Shown here piece after piece: positions 55,115 to 64,000 of a stretch of DNA of 64,000 nucleotides. The notes under the pieces are model-generated. The model made no database searches. It was not told where the DNA came from and saw nothing but the letters and a program-made list of their open reading frames with translations. How positions within the stretch are numbered: position 1 is the stretch's first letter; each line of letters starts with the position of its first letter. This stretch comes from Nitrososphaeraceae archaeon (GTDB lineage Archaea; Thermoproteota; Nitrososphaeria; Nitrososphaerales; Nitrososphaeraceae). A program made the position numbers and the translations under genes. The DNA is taken from assembly GCA_035297365.1 (NCBI GenBank), contig DATGZA010000097.1:1-64000 (forward strand). The letters are read 5' to 3'.

Positions 55115-55846
55115 TTATATTATTCCACCCTCAACTTCCATTGGAATGCCTATTTTTTTCAAATAGATTGTACCTGTATATTTTTTATTATGTAAAAGTC
55201 CATTTTTAATTCTGTGAAAAGTTATAGTACTATCAGCTTTGACACAATTAGAATTTATGTTACCAGTATCAGGGTCTAAACCTGAAGGTATGTCTACGGA
55301 GATGACATGAGCTTTAGATTTATTTATTAAATCAATTATAAGTGCCTGAGGTTCTTTGATATCTCCTTTTATCCCAGTTCCAAAAATACCATCAATTATT
55401 ATGTCAGATGCTAATATTTCATTCTTTATTTGTGTGTCTAATTTATAATATATTTTTATGGTTTTATGCATTTTCTTGATTATCTCAAAATTTGTCAATG
55501 CTTCTTCTGTTTTTATTTTATTTAAATCTCCAAGTACAATTATTTTTATAGGCTTCCTGGACTGAATGGATAAATGTCTTGATGCAACCATGGCATCGCC
55601 ACCATTATTACCTGTCCCACAAACAACTGTAATTTTTAAATCGTCTATTTTTTTAAATTTCTTTAATATCAATTCTGCTATTCCATAACCTGCATTTTCC
55701 ATCATCAAGATCTTTTTCATACCGAACTTGTTGTGACCCACGTCTTCAATTTTGTACATCTGGTCGGAAGTTATCGATATTTCTCGGAATTTCTCATCCT
55801 TCAGCCTTTTCTGGATTTTTTTCAGACTATTAACTCGTATTATCAT
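55115..55846 (-). CDS. nnrE: NAD(P)HX epimerase (stand-alone YjeF_N)
   Basis: MMENAG, CGTGNNGGD, DGIFGTG, SVDIPSG. Confidence 0.94.
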   Translation of the reverse strand: MIIRVNSLKKIQKRLKDEKFREISITSDQMYKIEDVGHNKFGMKKILMMENAGYGIAELILKKFKKIDDLKITVVCGTGNNGGDAMVASRHLSIQSRKPIKIIVLGDLNKIKTEEALTNFEIIKKMHKTIKIYYKLDTQIKNEILASDIIIDGIFGTGIKGDIKEPQALIIDLINKSKAHVISVDIPSGLDPDTGNINSNCVKADSTITFHRIKNGLLHNKKYTGTIYLKKIGIPMEVEGGII

Positions 55847-55869
55847 TTTTACAATCTATCTCTTTTTTG

Positions 55870-56373
55870 TTAATATTTATTGATATTTTTGGGGAAGGGC
55901 ATTTTAAATTCTGGTAATTCAAATTTTTTTGAAGCACTTTCTGAAACTACAAATGTTTCACCAGTATAATTACATTTAATTTGTGGAAACTTTCTCTTAC
56001 CTCCCAAAATATCAGCAACTTTGTAGTATTCGACAAGTCTTCTACTTGCATATGTGTTTTCATTATTTTTTTTAATTCTTTTCTTACGCATGAATTTAAA
56101 AGCTAGAATTACATGTTTATTTTTATAATACCTAAACATATTTGCGATCGAAAAGCATCTTTCGATTTGGTCACTTGGAACATATAATGCATCGCCTGTT
56201 CCAGATTTGGCTTCGATCGCTAACAAAATTCCCTTGTTGTTATTGACTGCAACAATATCTGGTAAGCCGACACTTGAACCTCCAAGTCGTTTTGCTGTCC
56301 AATACTTATTGTTGAGTCTGTTGACAATAAGATACTCGTAGCTATATCCTCTACTTCTTCGAATGTTTCCCAA
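55870..56373 (-). CDS. Hjc-like Holliday junction resolvase (PD-(D/E)xK nuclease)
   Basis: RGYSYE...LPDIVA...IEAKS. Confidence 0.8.
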   Translation of the reverse strand: MGNIRRSRGYSYEYLIVNRLNNKYWTAKRLGGSSVGLPDIVAVNNNKGILLAIEAKSGTGDALYVPSDQIERCFSIANMFRYYKNKHVILAFKFMRKKRIKKNNENTYASRRLVEYYKVADILGGKRKFPQIKCNYTGETFVVSESASKKFELPEFKMPFPKNINKY

Positions 56374-56484
56374 ACTAATCTTAATTTCTTATTCCCATGT
56401 TAAAACCTTGTTTACGAATTTAATTAAAGAAAAAAATCAGATTATTTACAAAAGATATTATTATGAAAAATAGAACTCGTTAAC

Positions 56485-57105
56485 GTGTTGCCTCTGAATA
56501 TTAAAAATTCATTAGATGTTGTATATGAAGAATTGAAAAATATAGAAAATAGACGAGAACACCTTATCAAAGAATCTCGAGAATTAATAATCCTGTGTAG
56601 CCAAACAATAATAGAAGTACATCAAAATAATCTAGAAGCGAGTCAATCTAAATTAGAGAAAGCAAAAACATTATACTTTTCATTAAAAGATTATGCCAAG
56701 CAAGATCTATCAAGATACCTCTCTATTTCAGAACAAGAACTTGTAGAAGCCAGTATAGTGCTAGGAATTGCAAAAAATAAATCTTTTCCTAGTTTGGGTG
56801 AGATGAATGTTTCAAGTCAGTCATATCTTTTGGGCTTTTTAGATAGCATTGGAGAGATAAAGAGAATGATTTATGATAAGGTTAGATTGGGAAACTATAA
56901 TGAGGCTGAAATTTTATTCATTCAGATGCAGGAGATTTTTAATTCCATCTATCCATTTGCAGTTTACGATAACTTTGTTTCTGGAATTAGAAAGAAATTG
57001 GATGTATGTAGAATATTGATTGAAAATACAAGGGAATTGATGACTGAAGAATCAAGAAGGTCTATACTTATTCAGTCTCTTGACAAGTTAAACAATAATG
57101 AATGA
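56485..57105 (+). CDS. Translin/Trax family protein
   Basis: RREHLIKESR, QELVEA, YLLGFLDSIGEIKR, IRKKLD. Confidence 0.9.
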   Translation: MLPLNIKNSLDVVYEELKNIENRREHLIKESRELIILCSQTIIEVHQNNLEASQSKLEKAKTLYFSLKDYAKQDLSRYLSISEQELVEASIVLGIAKNKSFPSLGEMNVSSQSYLLGFLDSIGEIKRMIYDKVRLGNYNEAEILFIQMQEIFNSIYPFAVYDNFVSGIRKKLDVCRILIENTRELMTEESRRSILIQSLDKLNNNE

Positions 57106-57191
57106 GTAAAAATTTATTCGTCCACAGTCAAATAATATTGAATAAAAAGTAAAGTTAATTAGAAACTACACTAAAGCTTTTTCGTATTTCT

Positions 57192-59315
57192 ATGGTAGAT
57201 AGGGAAAAAGTACGAAGAATATTTGATGATAATGTTCAAAAAGGTAGCAAAATAATTACAGAAGAATCAGCAAAATCCATATTATCTGAATATGGTATAA
57301 AGGTCCCAGAATATTCTATAGTTACTAGTGATTCTGAAGCTCTAGTAAAGTCAAGAGAAATAGGTTTTCCTCTGGTAGCCAAAATAGTATCTGATCAAAT
57401 TTTACACAAAACAGATGTACAAGGAGTCAAGGTTGGGTTACAAAATGAAGAGGAAACAAAAGAAGCATTTTTAGACATGCATGGTCGTCTGTCAAAAGAA
57501 TATGATGTTAAGGGGGTATTATTAGAAAAGATGGTTCCTAAAGGAATCGAATTAATAGTAGGATTACAAAATGATCCTCAGTTCGGACCAGTGATCATGC
57601 TAGGTCTAGGAGGAATTTATACTGAATTATTTAAGGACATTTCCTTTAGAGTACTTCCTATTACAAAAGAAGATGCATTGGATATGATTAATGATTTAAA
57701 AGGAAACAAAATTCTTAAAGGATTTAGAGGATCGGAACCTGTTGACTTGGATATTTTATGTGATGCTATCGTTAAAATTGGTAATCTCGGTACTGATATG
57801 GCAAAATATATTGATAGCGTAGACTTTAATCCTATTATTGTATATCCTCAAAATTACTATGTTGTAGATGCCAAGATTCTATTAAAGACAAACGTGAATG
57901 AAGATACAATTTCTAATTCTGTTCCCGATTCAAGCTATATGGATATCTTTTTTAATGCTAAATCGATTGCATTAATAGGCGCTTCTCCTGAGGAAAACAA
58001 AGTAGGAAATTCTGTTCTCAAAAGCCTCTCAAAATATGATTATAAAGGAAAAATTTTTCCGGTGAATGCAAAAGGTTATGACCATATACTTGATCTAAAG
58101 GCGTATAAAAGTTTAGACGCCATTGACGAACCAGTTGATTTGGTGATAGTTACAGTTGATCTTAAATTTGTTCCAGATATATTGGAAACATGCGGCAAAA
58201 AAGGAATCCATAACATGGTCATAATTTCTGGAGGTGGTAAGGAACTTGGCGGTGAAAGAGCTGAAATCGAGCAAAAAATCAAAGATTTGTCTTCTAAATT
58301 ACATGTAAGGATAATAGGACCAAATTGTATCGGGATGTTTAATGGAGAGAATAGACTTGATTGTGCATTCCAAGGACACGAAAGAATGATACGACCCAAA
58401 AAAGGTGACGTCGCATTTTTGTCTCAGAGTGGTACTATTGGAATAGCATTTATGGAAACCTCTGACTCCTTTGGAATGAGCAAGATGATCTCATATGGAA
58501 ACCGTTCCGATGTTGATGAGGCAGATATGATCTGGTATCTTTCTGAAGACCCTAAAACCTCCGTCATCGGATTATATGTAGAAGGGCTTGGTGATGGCAG
58601 AAAATTTATGAATACTGCGAAGAAAGTAATAAAGGATAAGAAAAAACCAATAGTAGTTTTTAAAAACGGCAGGTCACAACGCGGTGCTAAACAAGCAGAG
58701 TCTCATACAGGATCGCTGGGTGGTTCATATGCGGTAGTAAAGGGTGCTTTTGATCAATCCGGAATTATTTCTGTTGATAGCTATGAAGAACTAACTGGTT
58801 CATTAAAAGCATTGACTTGGCAACCTATTCCGAAAGGAAATAAAGTAGCATTAGTAACAAATGGAGCAGGACCTGTAATAGCAGCAATAGATCATTTTGA
58901 AAGGTTATCTTTAAAGATAGCAGAGATGAGTGAAGAGAGTAAAAAGAAATTTCATGAACACTATCCCTCAACATATGTTATAGGAAATCCATTGGATGTT
59001 ACAGGATCTGCTAATGCAGATGATTATAAATTTGCTATACAGACATTCTTAGATGATCCCGAAGTCGATATTATTATGCCCTGGTTTGTTTTTCAAGACG
59101 ATCCATTGGAAGAAACAATAGTAAATATCCTTGCTGATTTTCAGAAACAGAAGAAAAAACCTATCTTGATAGGTGCACTCGGAGGACCATTTACTCAAGA
59201 AATCTCAAAACGAATAGAGGAAAATAACGTACCTGTTTATCATTCTGTCCTCTCTTGGGTAACAGCCGCTGGAAGTTTGGCACAATGGTCAAAACTAACT
59301 AACAATAATTCTTAA
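57192..59315 (+). CDS. 3-hydroxypropionyl-CoA synthetase (ADP-forming), beta-alpha fusion
   Basis: N-terminal ATP-grasp (HKTDV), then CoA-binding domains (GPNCIG, SQSG, SHTGS); [10 protein letters not shown] and [12 protein letters not shown] match the thaumarchaeal Nmar_1309-type enzyme as I recall it. Confidence 0.88.
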   Translation: MVDREKVRRIFDDNVQKGSKIITEESAKSILSEYGIKVPEYSIVTSDSEALVKSREIGFPLVAKIVSDQILHKTDVQGVKVGLQNEEETKEAFLDMHGRLSKEYDVKGVLLEKMVPKGIELIVGLQNDPQFGPVIMLGLGGIYTELFKDISFRVLPITKEDALDMINDLKGNKILKGFRGSEPVDLDILCDAIVKIGNLGTDMAKYIDSVDFNPIIVYPQNYYVVDAKILLKTNVNEDTISNSVPDSSYMDIFFNAKSIALIGASPEENKVGNSVLKSLSKYDYKGKIFPVNAKGYDHILDLKAYKSLDAIDEPVDLVIVTVDLKFVPDILETCGKKGIHNMVIISGGGKELGGERAEIEQKIKDLSSKLHVRIIGPNCIGMFNGENRLDCAFQGHERMIRPKKGDVAFLSQSGTIGIAFMETSDSFGMSKMISYGNRSDVDEADMIWYLSEDPKTSVIGLYVEGLGDGRKFMNTAKKVIKDKKKPIVVFKNGRSQRGAKQAESHTGSLGGSYAVVKGAFDQSGIISVDSYEELTGSLKALTWQPIPKGNKVALVTNGAGPVIAAIDHFERLSLKIAEMSEESKKKFHEHYPSTYVIGNPLDVTGSANADDYKFAIQTFLDDPEVDIIMPWFVFQDDPLEETIVNILADFQKQKKKPILIGALGGPFTQEISKRIEENNVPVYHSVLSWVTAAGSLAQWSKLTNNNS

Positions 59316-59369
59316 TTTTTTTTAGATCAGGCAAAATTTATATTGTTTTAAAAAGATATTAATAATAAA

Positions 59370-59720
59370 ATGGAAAGCTCTCAGCAATCACAAATAGTAA
59401 CCGTAACCCCAAAAGCTGCAGAAAAAGTTATGGAATTTATGAAGCAAGAAGAAAAGGCAAGTCTTTTCTTACGAGTTTACGTAACTGGTGGAGGATGCTC
59501 CGGATTATCATACGGAATGGGATTTGAAGAAAATGCAGAAGAAGATGATTATATGATTGAACAAAATGGGGTAAAAATCATAATCGATAATTATAGTCAG
59601 AGATATCTAAATGGAGCAAGCATAGATTATATAGATAGTCTAATGGGATCTGGATTCAAGATTAATAATCCCAACGTAACTAAAAGCTGTTCTTGTGGAC
59701 ACTCATTCTCAACAGAATAA
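59370..59720 (+). CDS. Fe-S cluster carrier, HesB/IscA/ErpA family
   Basis: GGGCSGLSY...NPN...CSCGHSF. Confidence 0.96.
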   Translation: MESSQQSQIVTVTPKAAEKVMEFMKQEEKASLFLRVYVTGGGCSGLSYGMGFEENAEEDDYMIEQNGVKIIIDNYSQRYLNGASIDYIDSLMGSGFKINNPNVTKSCSCGHSFSTE

Positions 59721-59891
59721 CAACTTTTTTAAACATTATATTTTTTCATAGATTTGGGATCTATATATTTAATTATTTTTTAAATTTCTTTAATTATTTA
59801 TAAGATCAGTTTAATAATAAACGGATTTTCAATAAAATAAACCAAGGAAATTGAATAAATTAAGTATGCTTTAGCAAAAAGAAAAGATATC

Positions 59892-61157
59892 TTATGGCCA
59901 AATTCCTCTAATTTTTGTTGCCTCTGCAACTCTATTTATGGCAAGTAAAGTGGCAGCTTTTCTCATGTCCACGTTATATTTCTTGTGCACATCATAAACG
60001 TCATGGAATGATTTAGTGATGTTCTTGTCTAGTCTGTTATTTACTTCCTCTTCAGTCCAATAATCTCTTCTCAAATTTTGTAACCATTCAAAATAAGATA
60101 CTGTTACTCCTCCACCATTCGCAAGAATATCTGGTATTACAAGAATTCCATTCTTGAATAGTATTTCATCAGCCTCTGGGGTAGTTGGACCGTTTGCAGC
60201 CTCAGCAACTATTGTTGCCTTTATTTTGCCTGCATTATTCTTTGTTATCTGGCTTTCCAAAGCTGCAGGTATTAATATAGTACATTCTGTTTCCAATAGT
60301 TCTTCATTTGAAATTGATCTGGATCCATCAAATCCTACTACTGAACCAGTTTCATTTTTATGTTTCATCAATGCGTCTGCGCTGATTCCTTCACTCTTGG
60401 TAATAGCTCCCTGAGAATCTGATGCAGCAATTACTTTTCCACCTTGATCTTGTACTAATTTTGAAGAATACTGTCCCGCATTGCCAAAACCTTGGACAAC
60501 TATTGTAGATTCCTTCATGTTTATACCAAGTTCTTTGGCAGCCTCTCTTACGGTATAAGCGAGTCCCCTTCCAGTGGCTTCAGTTCTTCCCAAAGAACCG
60601 CCGATAGGAATAGGTTTGCCTGTTATTAGTTCTGGTTGTACAAAATTACCTTTAAGGGCAGAGTACGTATCCATAATCCATGACATTTCTTTACCTCCAG
60701 TATAGACATCAGGCGCCGGAATATCTGTATGAGGACCAATTATATCAGCTATCATGTATGCAAATCTTCTTGTCATTCTCTCTAGTTCATTTTCTGACAT
60801 TTCTTTCGGATTGCAAATTATTCCCCCTTTGCCACCACCATAAGGAATATCAGCAATCGCACATTTCCAGGTCATCCACATTGATAAAGCCTTGACTTCA
60901 TCTATTGTAACATCTGGATGGTATCTAATTCCTCCCTTATATGGACCCCTTGCATCGTTATGTTGAGATCTATATCCTGTAAATACTCTCATGGATCCGT
61001 CATCCATCTTTACAGGGATGGATACTGTAAGTACTCTTTTAGGATGAGCTAACACATCAAACATTCCTTTATCAAGATTAAGAATTTTTGCGGCCTCTTC
61101 CAATTGTTTTAAAGCAACTTGAAATGGATTTATTTTTTCACTAACATTTGAAGACAT
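59892..61157 (-). CDS. gdhA: Glutamate dehydrogenase
   Basis: GPYKGGIRYHP, GGGKGG, DIPAPD, QGFGNAG, EAANGP, NGGGVTVSYFEW. Confidence 0.97.
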   Translation of the reverse strand: MSSNVSEKINPFQVALKQLEEAAKILNLDKGMFDVLAHPKRVLTVSIPVKMDDGSMRVFTGYRSQHNDARGPYKGGIRYHPDVTIDEVKALSMWMTWKCAIADIPYGGGKGGIICNPKEMSENELERMTRRFAYMIADIIGPHTDIPAPDVYTGGKEMSWIMDTYSALKGNFVQPELITGKPIPIGGSLGRTEATGRGLAYTVREAAKELGINMKESTIVVQGFGNAGQYSSKLVQDQGGKVIAASDSQGAITKSEGISADALMKHKNETGSVVGFDGSRSISNEELLETECTILIPAALESQITKNNAGKIKATIVAEAANGPTTPEADEILFKNGILVIPDILANGGGVTVSYFEWLQNLRRDYWTEEEVNNRLDKNITKSFHDVYDVHKKYNVDMRKAATLLAINRVAEATKIRGIWP

Positions 61158-61225
61158 ATTTCTGTACGTTCTATTTAGATCCTGAATAATAAATATATCT
61201 AATGATTATCGTAGAAAAATACCTA

Positions 61226-61579
61226 TTAATTATCTTTTTTCATTCGTTCATTGATTACCAAACGAAGTTCTTCGTCAGTTTTGTCCGCGAATTCAATATT
61301 CAATGATTTGGCTATTCTTTCCAATTTTTCTCTTTCAGAAGAGACTGGCCCTTCAATAATTTTACCAATTGTAAAATTCTTAGAATTATCTAGCTTAATC
61401 TTCTGTGAATCAACGTTTGAAAATTCTCTAATCTCTTTCGATAACGTTTCTCTAGTTCTATTATATTCGCCTACTGCCTTGCCTATCTGCCTAGATATTT
61501 CTGGTAATTTTTTGGAACCGAAGATCAAAAAAATGCTGATCAAAATAATAATAATCCATTCTGATCCCCCGATAGCCAT
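61226..61579 (-). CDS. tatA: Twin-arginine translocase TatA/B subunit
   Basis: GGSEW TM helix, then FGSKKLPEISRQIGKA amphipathic helix. Confidence 0.92.
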   Translation of the reverse strand: MAIGGSEWIIIILISIFLIFGSKKLPEISRQIGKAVGEYNRTRETLSKEIREFSNVDSQKIKLDNSKNFTIGKIIEGPVSSEREKLERIAKSLNIEFADKTDEELRLVINERMKKDN

Positions 61580-61809
61580 ATATTGAAATTATATTCGTTA
61601 ATTACCTAAAAATACCTTTATTTCACTTATCTTGTATTTATGCAGGTAAAAAATGTATAATTAATAATATTTCTTAGTTGTCTAATTCTTTTTTTAATAA
61701 AAAAATTAAAATTTATTATAATTATTTAAAATTTATTTAGAAATATTAGTCAAAGCACTTATATTCGTGCCTGTGAACCTTATTTTTACTTTATAATAAA
61801 CATGAGGTT

Positions 61810-63078
61810 ATGGAATTGCCTAGTACCGGTATAGTAAAATATCACGTTAAATTAAGTTTCGAGGTTGATGGACTCGTAGAAAAAGCAGACATTATTGGAG
61901 CTATTTTTGGTCAGACCGAGGGTTTGCTTGGTCCAGAAATGAACCTGAATGAATTACAAAAGGTCTCTAAAGTTGGTAGAATAGAAGTAAATGTAGATAC
62001 AAAATCTAATATTGCAAAGGGAGATGCATTAATCCCAATGAGTACGGACATTTCTACCGCAGCTCTCATCGCAGCAGCGATTGAAAGTATCGATAAAGTT
62101 GGTCCTTTTCAAGCTCATTTTATTTTGTCAGGGATCGATGATATTCGAGCGATAAAGAAAAAAGTTATTGTCGATCGTGCAAAAAAAATTGTACAAGAGT
62201 GGGCTACTAAGACTATCAGCGAGGGAGAAGAAATGTTAAAAGATGTTTATGATGCCAGCAAGCCTGGAAAACTTACTGCCTTTGGTAAGGCTCAACTTGC
62301 ATGCGGTACTGGAGTCTTTAATTCCGAATGGATTATACTTGTAGAAGGAAGGGCAGATGTGATTAACCTTCTTCGTGCGGGATTTGATAATGCTATTGCA
62401 ATTGAAGGGGCAAAAATTGATGAAACTATAACCCATCTTACTGAAGGTAAAAAAGTAATTGCATTTCTTGATGGAGACCGCGCCGGTGATCTAATATTGA
62501 AGGAGTTACAGGGATTGGTTAGTGTCGATAAAGTTTACAGAGCTCCACAAGGTAGAGAAGTAGAAGAATGTACACCTCTAGAGATATCAGAAATATTGGG
62601 TAATATCTTTGAAGAATCAAAAGAAGATACTTTCCCTCGTAAACAAACACCTTTTCCCCAAAAGAAATATCACAAAACCGAGAAAGATAAACCTGTATTT
62701 CAACAATCTCCACAAAAAATCCCACAAAGTAATAACGTTGAATCTATATTGGTCCAAACTAATAATGCTATTAAATCTGATACGGGTCCAAATTCCACAA
62801 TACGTGACATTTACTCGCAAATTAACGAAACACTTGAGGCCATTGTTCTTGATGGATCGATGAACACAATAATCAAAGTTCCTGTTTCTGAAATTGTAAA
62901 AAAACTAGATGACATTTCAGGAGGGAAGATCCTAATTCTTGATGGAATAGTGACACAGAGATTGATTGATGCCTCTGACAAAGCTGGAATAGAACAAATA
63001 GTAGGTCACAGATTGGCAGATATAAAACGGAACTCATCACTCAAAATTAACACATTCAGTGAAATAGGATTACCATAA
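61810..63078 (+). CDS. dnaG: Archaeal DnaG (TOPRIM; exosome-associated)
   Basis: GAIFGQTEGLLG, LVEGRADV, FLDGDRAG, DGIVTQRL. Confidence 0.96.
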   Translation: MELPSTGIVKYHVKLSFEVDGLVEKADIIGAIFGQTEGLLGPEMNLNELQKVSKVGRIEVNVDTKSNIAKGDALIPMSTDISTAALIAAAIESIDKVGPFQAHFILSGIDDIRAIKKKVIVDRAKKIVQEWATKTISEGEEMLKDVYDASKPGKLTAFGKAQLACGTGVFNSEWIILVEGRADVINLLRAGFDNAIAIEGAKIDETITHLTEGKKVIAFLDGDRAGDLILKELQGLVSVDKVYRAPQGREVEECTPLEISEILGNIFEESKEDTFPRKQTPFPQKKYHKTEKDKPVFQQSPQKIPQSNNVESILVQTNNAIKSDTGPNSTIRDIYSQINETLEAIVLDGSMNTIIKVPVSEIVKKLDDISGGKILILDGIVTQRLIDASDKAGIEQIVGHRLADIKRNSSLKINTFSEIGLP

Positions 63079-63086
63079 ACATATTT

Positions 63087-63782
63087 ATGAAAGATACCAA
63101 GCTACAACATGTTGTAATACTTTCACAGCTCTTATTATGTGGGGCTAAGAATAATTTTGTGGAAATTACTACAAATGAATTAGCAAAAAAAATTAATCGT
63201 TCTCAACAGTTAGCCTCAAAAGAGTTACTTTGTCTTGAATTGACGGGATTAATAGAACGAAATCAACATGGGAAAAAATTTAGTGTGAAGATAACTGAAA
63301 GAGGATTTCAAGAAGTTTATGAGCTATTTCTTTTTTTGAAGACAGCAGTTGAAACTTTTAAAAATACTCTCAATTTTGAAGGAGAAGTGGTTTCGGGAAT
63401 GGGTGAAGGATCGTATTACATGTCATTATCTGGTTATAAACAAAGATTTAAAGAAAAACTAGGTTACGAACCGTACCCTGGTACACTTAACGTAAAACTG
63501 AATTCAAAATTTTATGTTGATAGAAAAAAAGAGATATTGAAATTTCCATCTGTAGCTGTAGATGGATTTAGTGATGAAACTCGAACGTATGGATGGGTAA
63601 AATGTTACCCAGCTTATCTAAATGAGGGCGAAAATCCAAATTGTGCAGTACTAATTTTGGAAAGAACTCACTATGATGACACCATTATAGAAATAATAGC
63701 TCCATTTTCAATCAAAGAAGAATTTAATTTAAAAAACGGTGATCTAATTAAATTTAAAGTAAAAACTGATAATTTATCTTGA
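63087..63782 (+). CDS. ribK: CTP-dependent riboflavin kinase with N-terminal HTH
   Basis: wHTH SQQLASK, then GEVVSGMGEG, PYPGTLNV, ERTHY. Confidence 0.93.
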   Translation: MKDTKLQHVVILSQLLLCGAKNNFVEITTNELAKKINRSQQLASKELLCLELTGLIERNQHGKKFSVKITERGFQEVYELFLFLKTAVETFKNTLNFEGEVVSGMGEGSYYMSLSGYKQRFKEKLGYEPYPGTLNVKLNSKFYVDRKKEILKFPSVAVDGFSDETRTYGWVKCYPAYLNEGENPNCAVLILERTHYDDTIIEIIAPFSIKEEFNLKNGDLIKFKVKTDNLS

Positions 63783-63796
63783 TATCTTAATTCTCA

Positions 63797-64000
63797 TCAT
63801 AGATCATAAACTGCATCCCCTAGTTCTTTTTTTATTTCGGAACTCTTAGTTTTTGGGATTGGTGTATTCAATCTTATGACTCTTGCATCAATATTTCTTT
63901 TTTTGCAATTTTCAGAAATATATTTTTCTGTATGTGTTTGATCATAACCTAAAGCAATGATATCAGGTCTTACATATTCAACACTATCAAATAAAGTGCC
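63797..64000 (-). CDS. ribL: FAD synthase (RibL-type cytidylyltransferase family), 3' part
   Basis: Manual translation ...VRPDIIALGYDQ...KSSEIKK; converges on ribK; truncated by window end. Confidence 0.82.
   Translation of the reverse strand, partial: GTLFDSVEYVRPDIIALGYDQTHTEKYISENCKKRNIDARVIRLNTPIPKTKSSEIKKELGDAVYDL

Noticed and set aside
4611-62863. Numerous short antisense or nested ORFs in the track
   Set aside because: Shadow ORFs of well-supported genes, with no independent motifs.

Overview
Core-genome segment of an AT-rich ammonia-oxidising archaeon (Nitrososphaerota/Thaumarchaeota, probably a soil-type Nitrososphaeraceae). The assignment rests on the archaeal 16S-23S operon with a tRNA-less spacer, an unlinked 5S gene, an Nmar_1309-type 3-hydroxypropionyl-CoA synthetase and the transketolase-N/RPE fusion. 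The window holds the 3' part of 16S, the full 23S and 5S rRNA genes and about 60 mostly housekeeping CDS: PolB, GINS, DnaG, Hjc-like nuclease, TBP, EF-1alpha, scattered r-protein genes, ABCE1, tRNA-modifying enzymes, GlnA, GdhA, GlmS, non-oxidative pentose phosphate genes, SOD, Tat and RibK/RibL. I saw no CRISPR array, transposase, integrase, intein or canonical tRNA gene. The best leads are (1) a co-oriented cluster of two different AAA+ ATPase/vWA pairs at 42.8-49.0 kb, (2) an HTH regulator fused to an S-layer-C-like domain, divergent from glmS with candidate operator palindromes, (3) an unannotated ~65-nt cloverleaf-like structured element at 11.2 kb, and (4) several Cys/His metal-binding microproteins below the ORF-track cut-off. 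All calls come from motif recognition by eye; no database searches were run.
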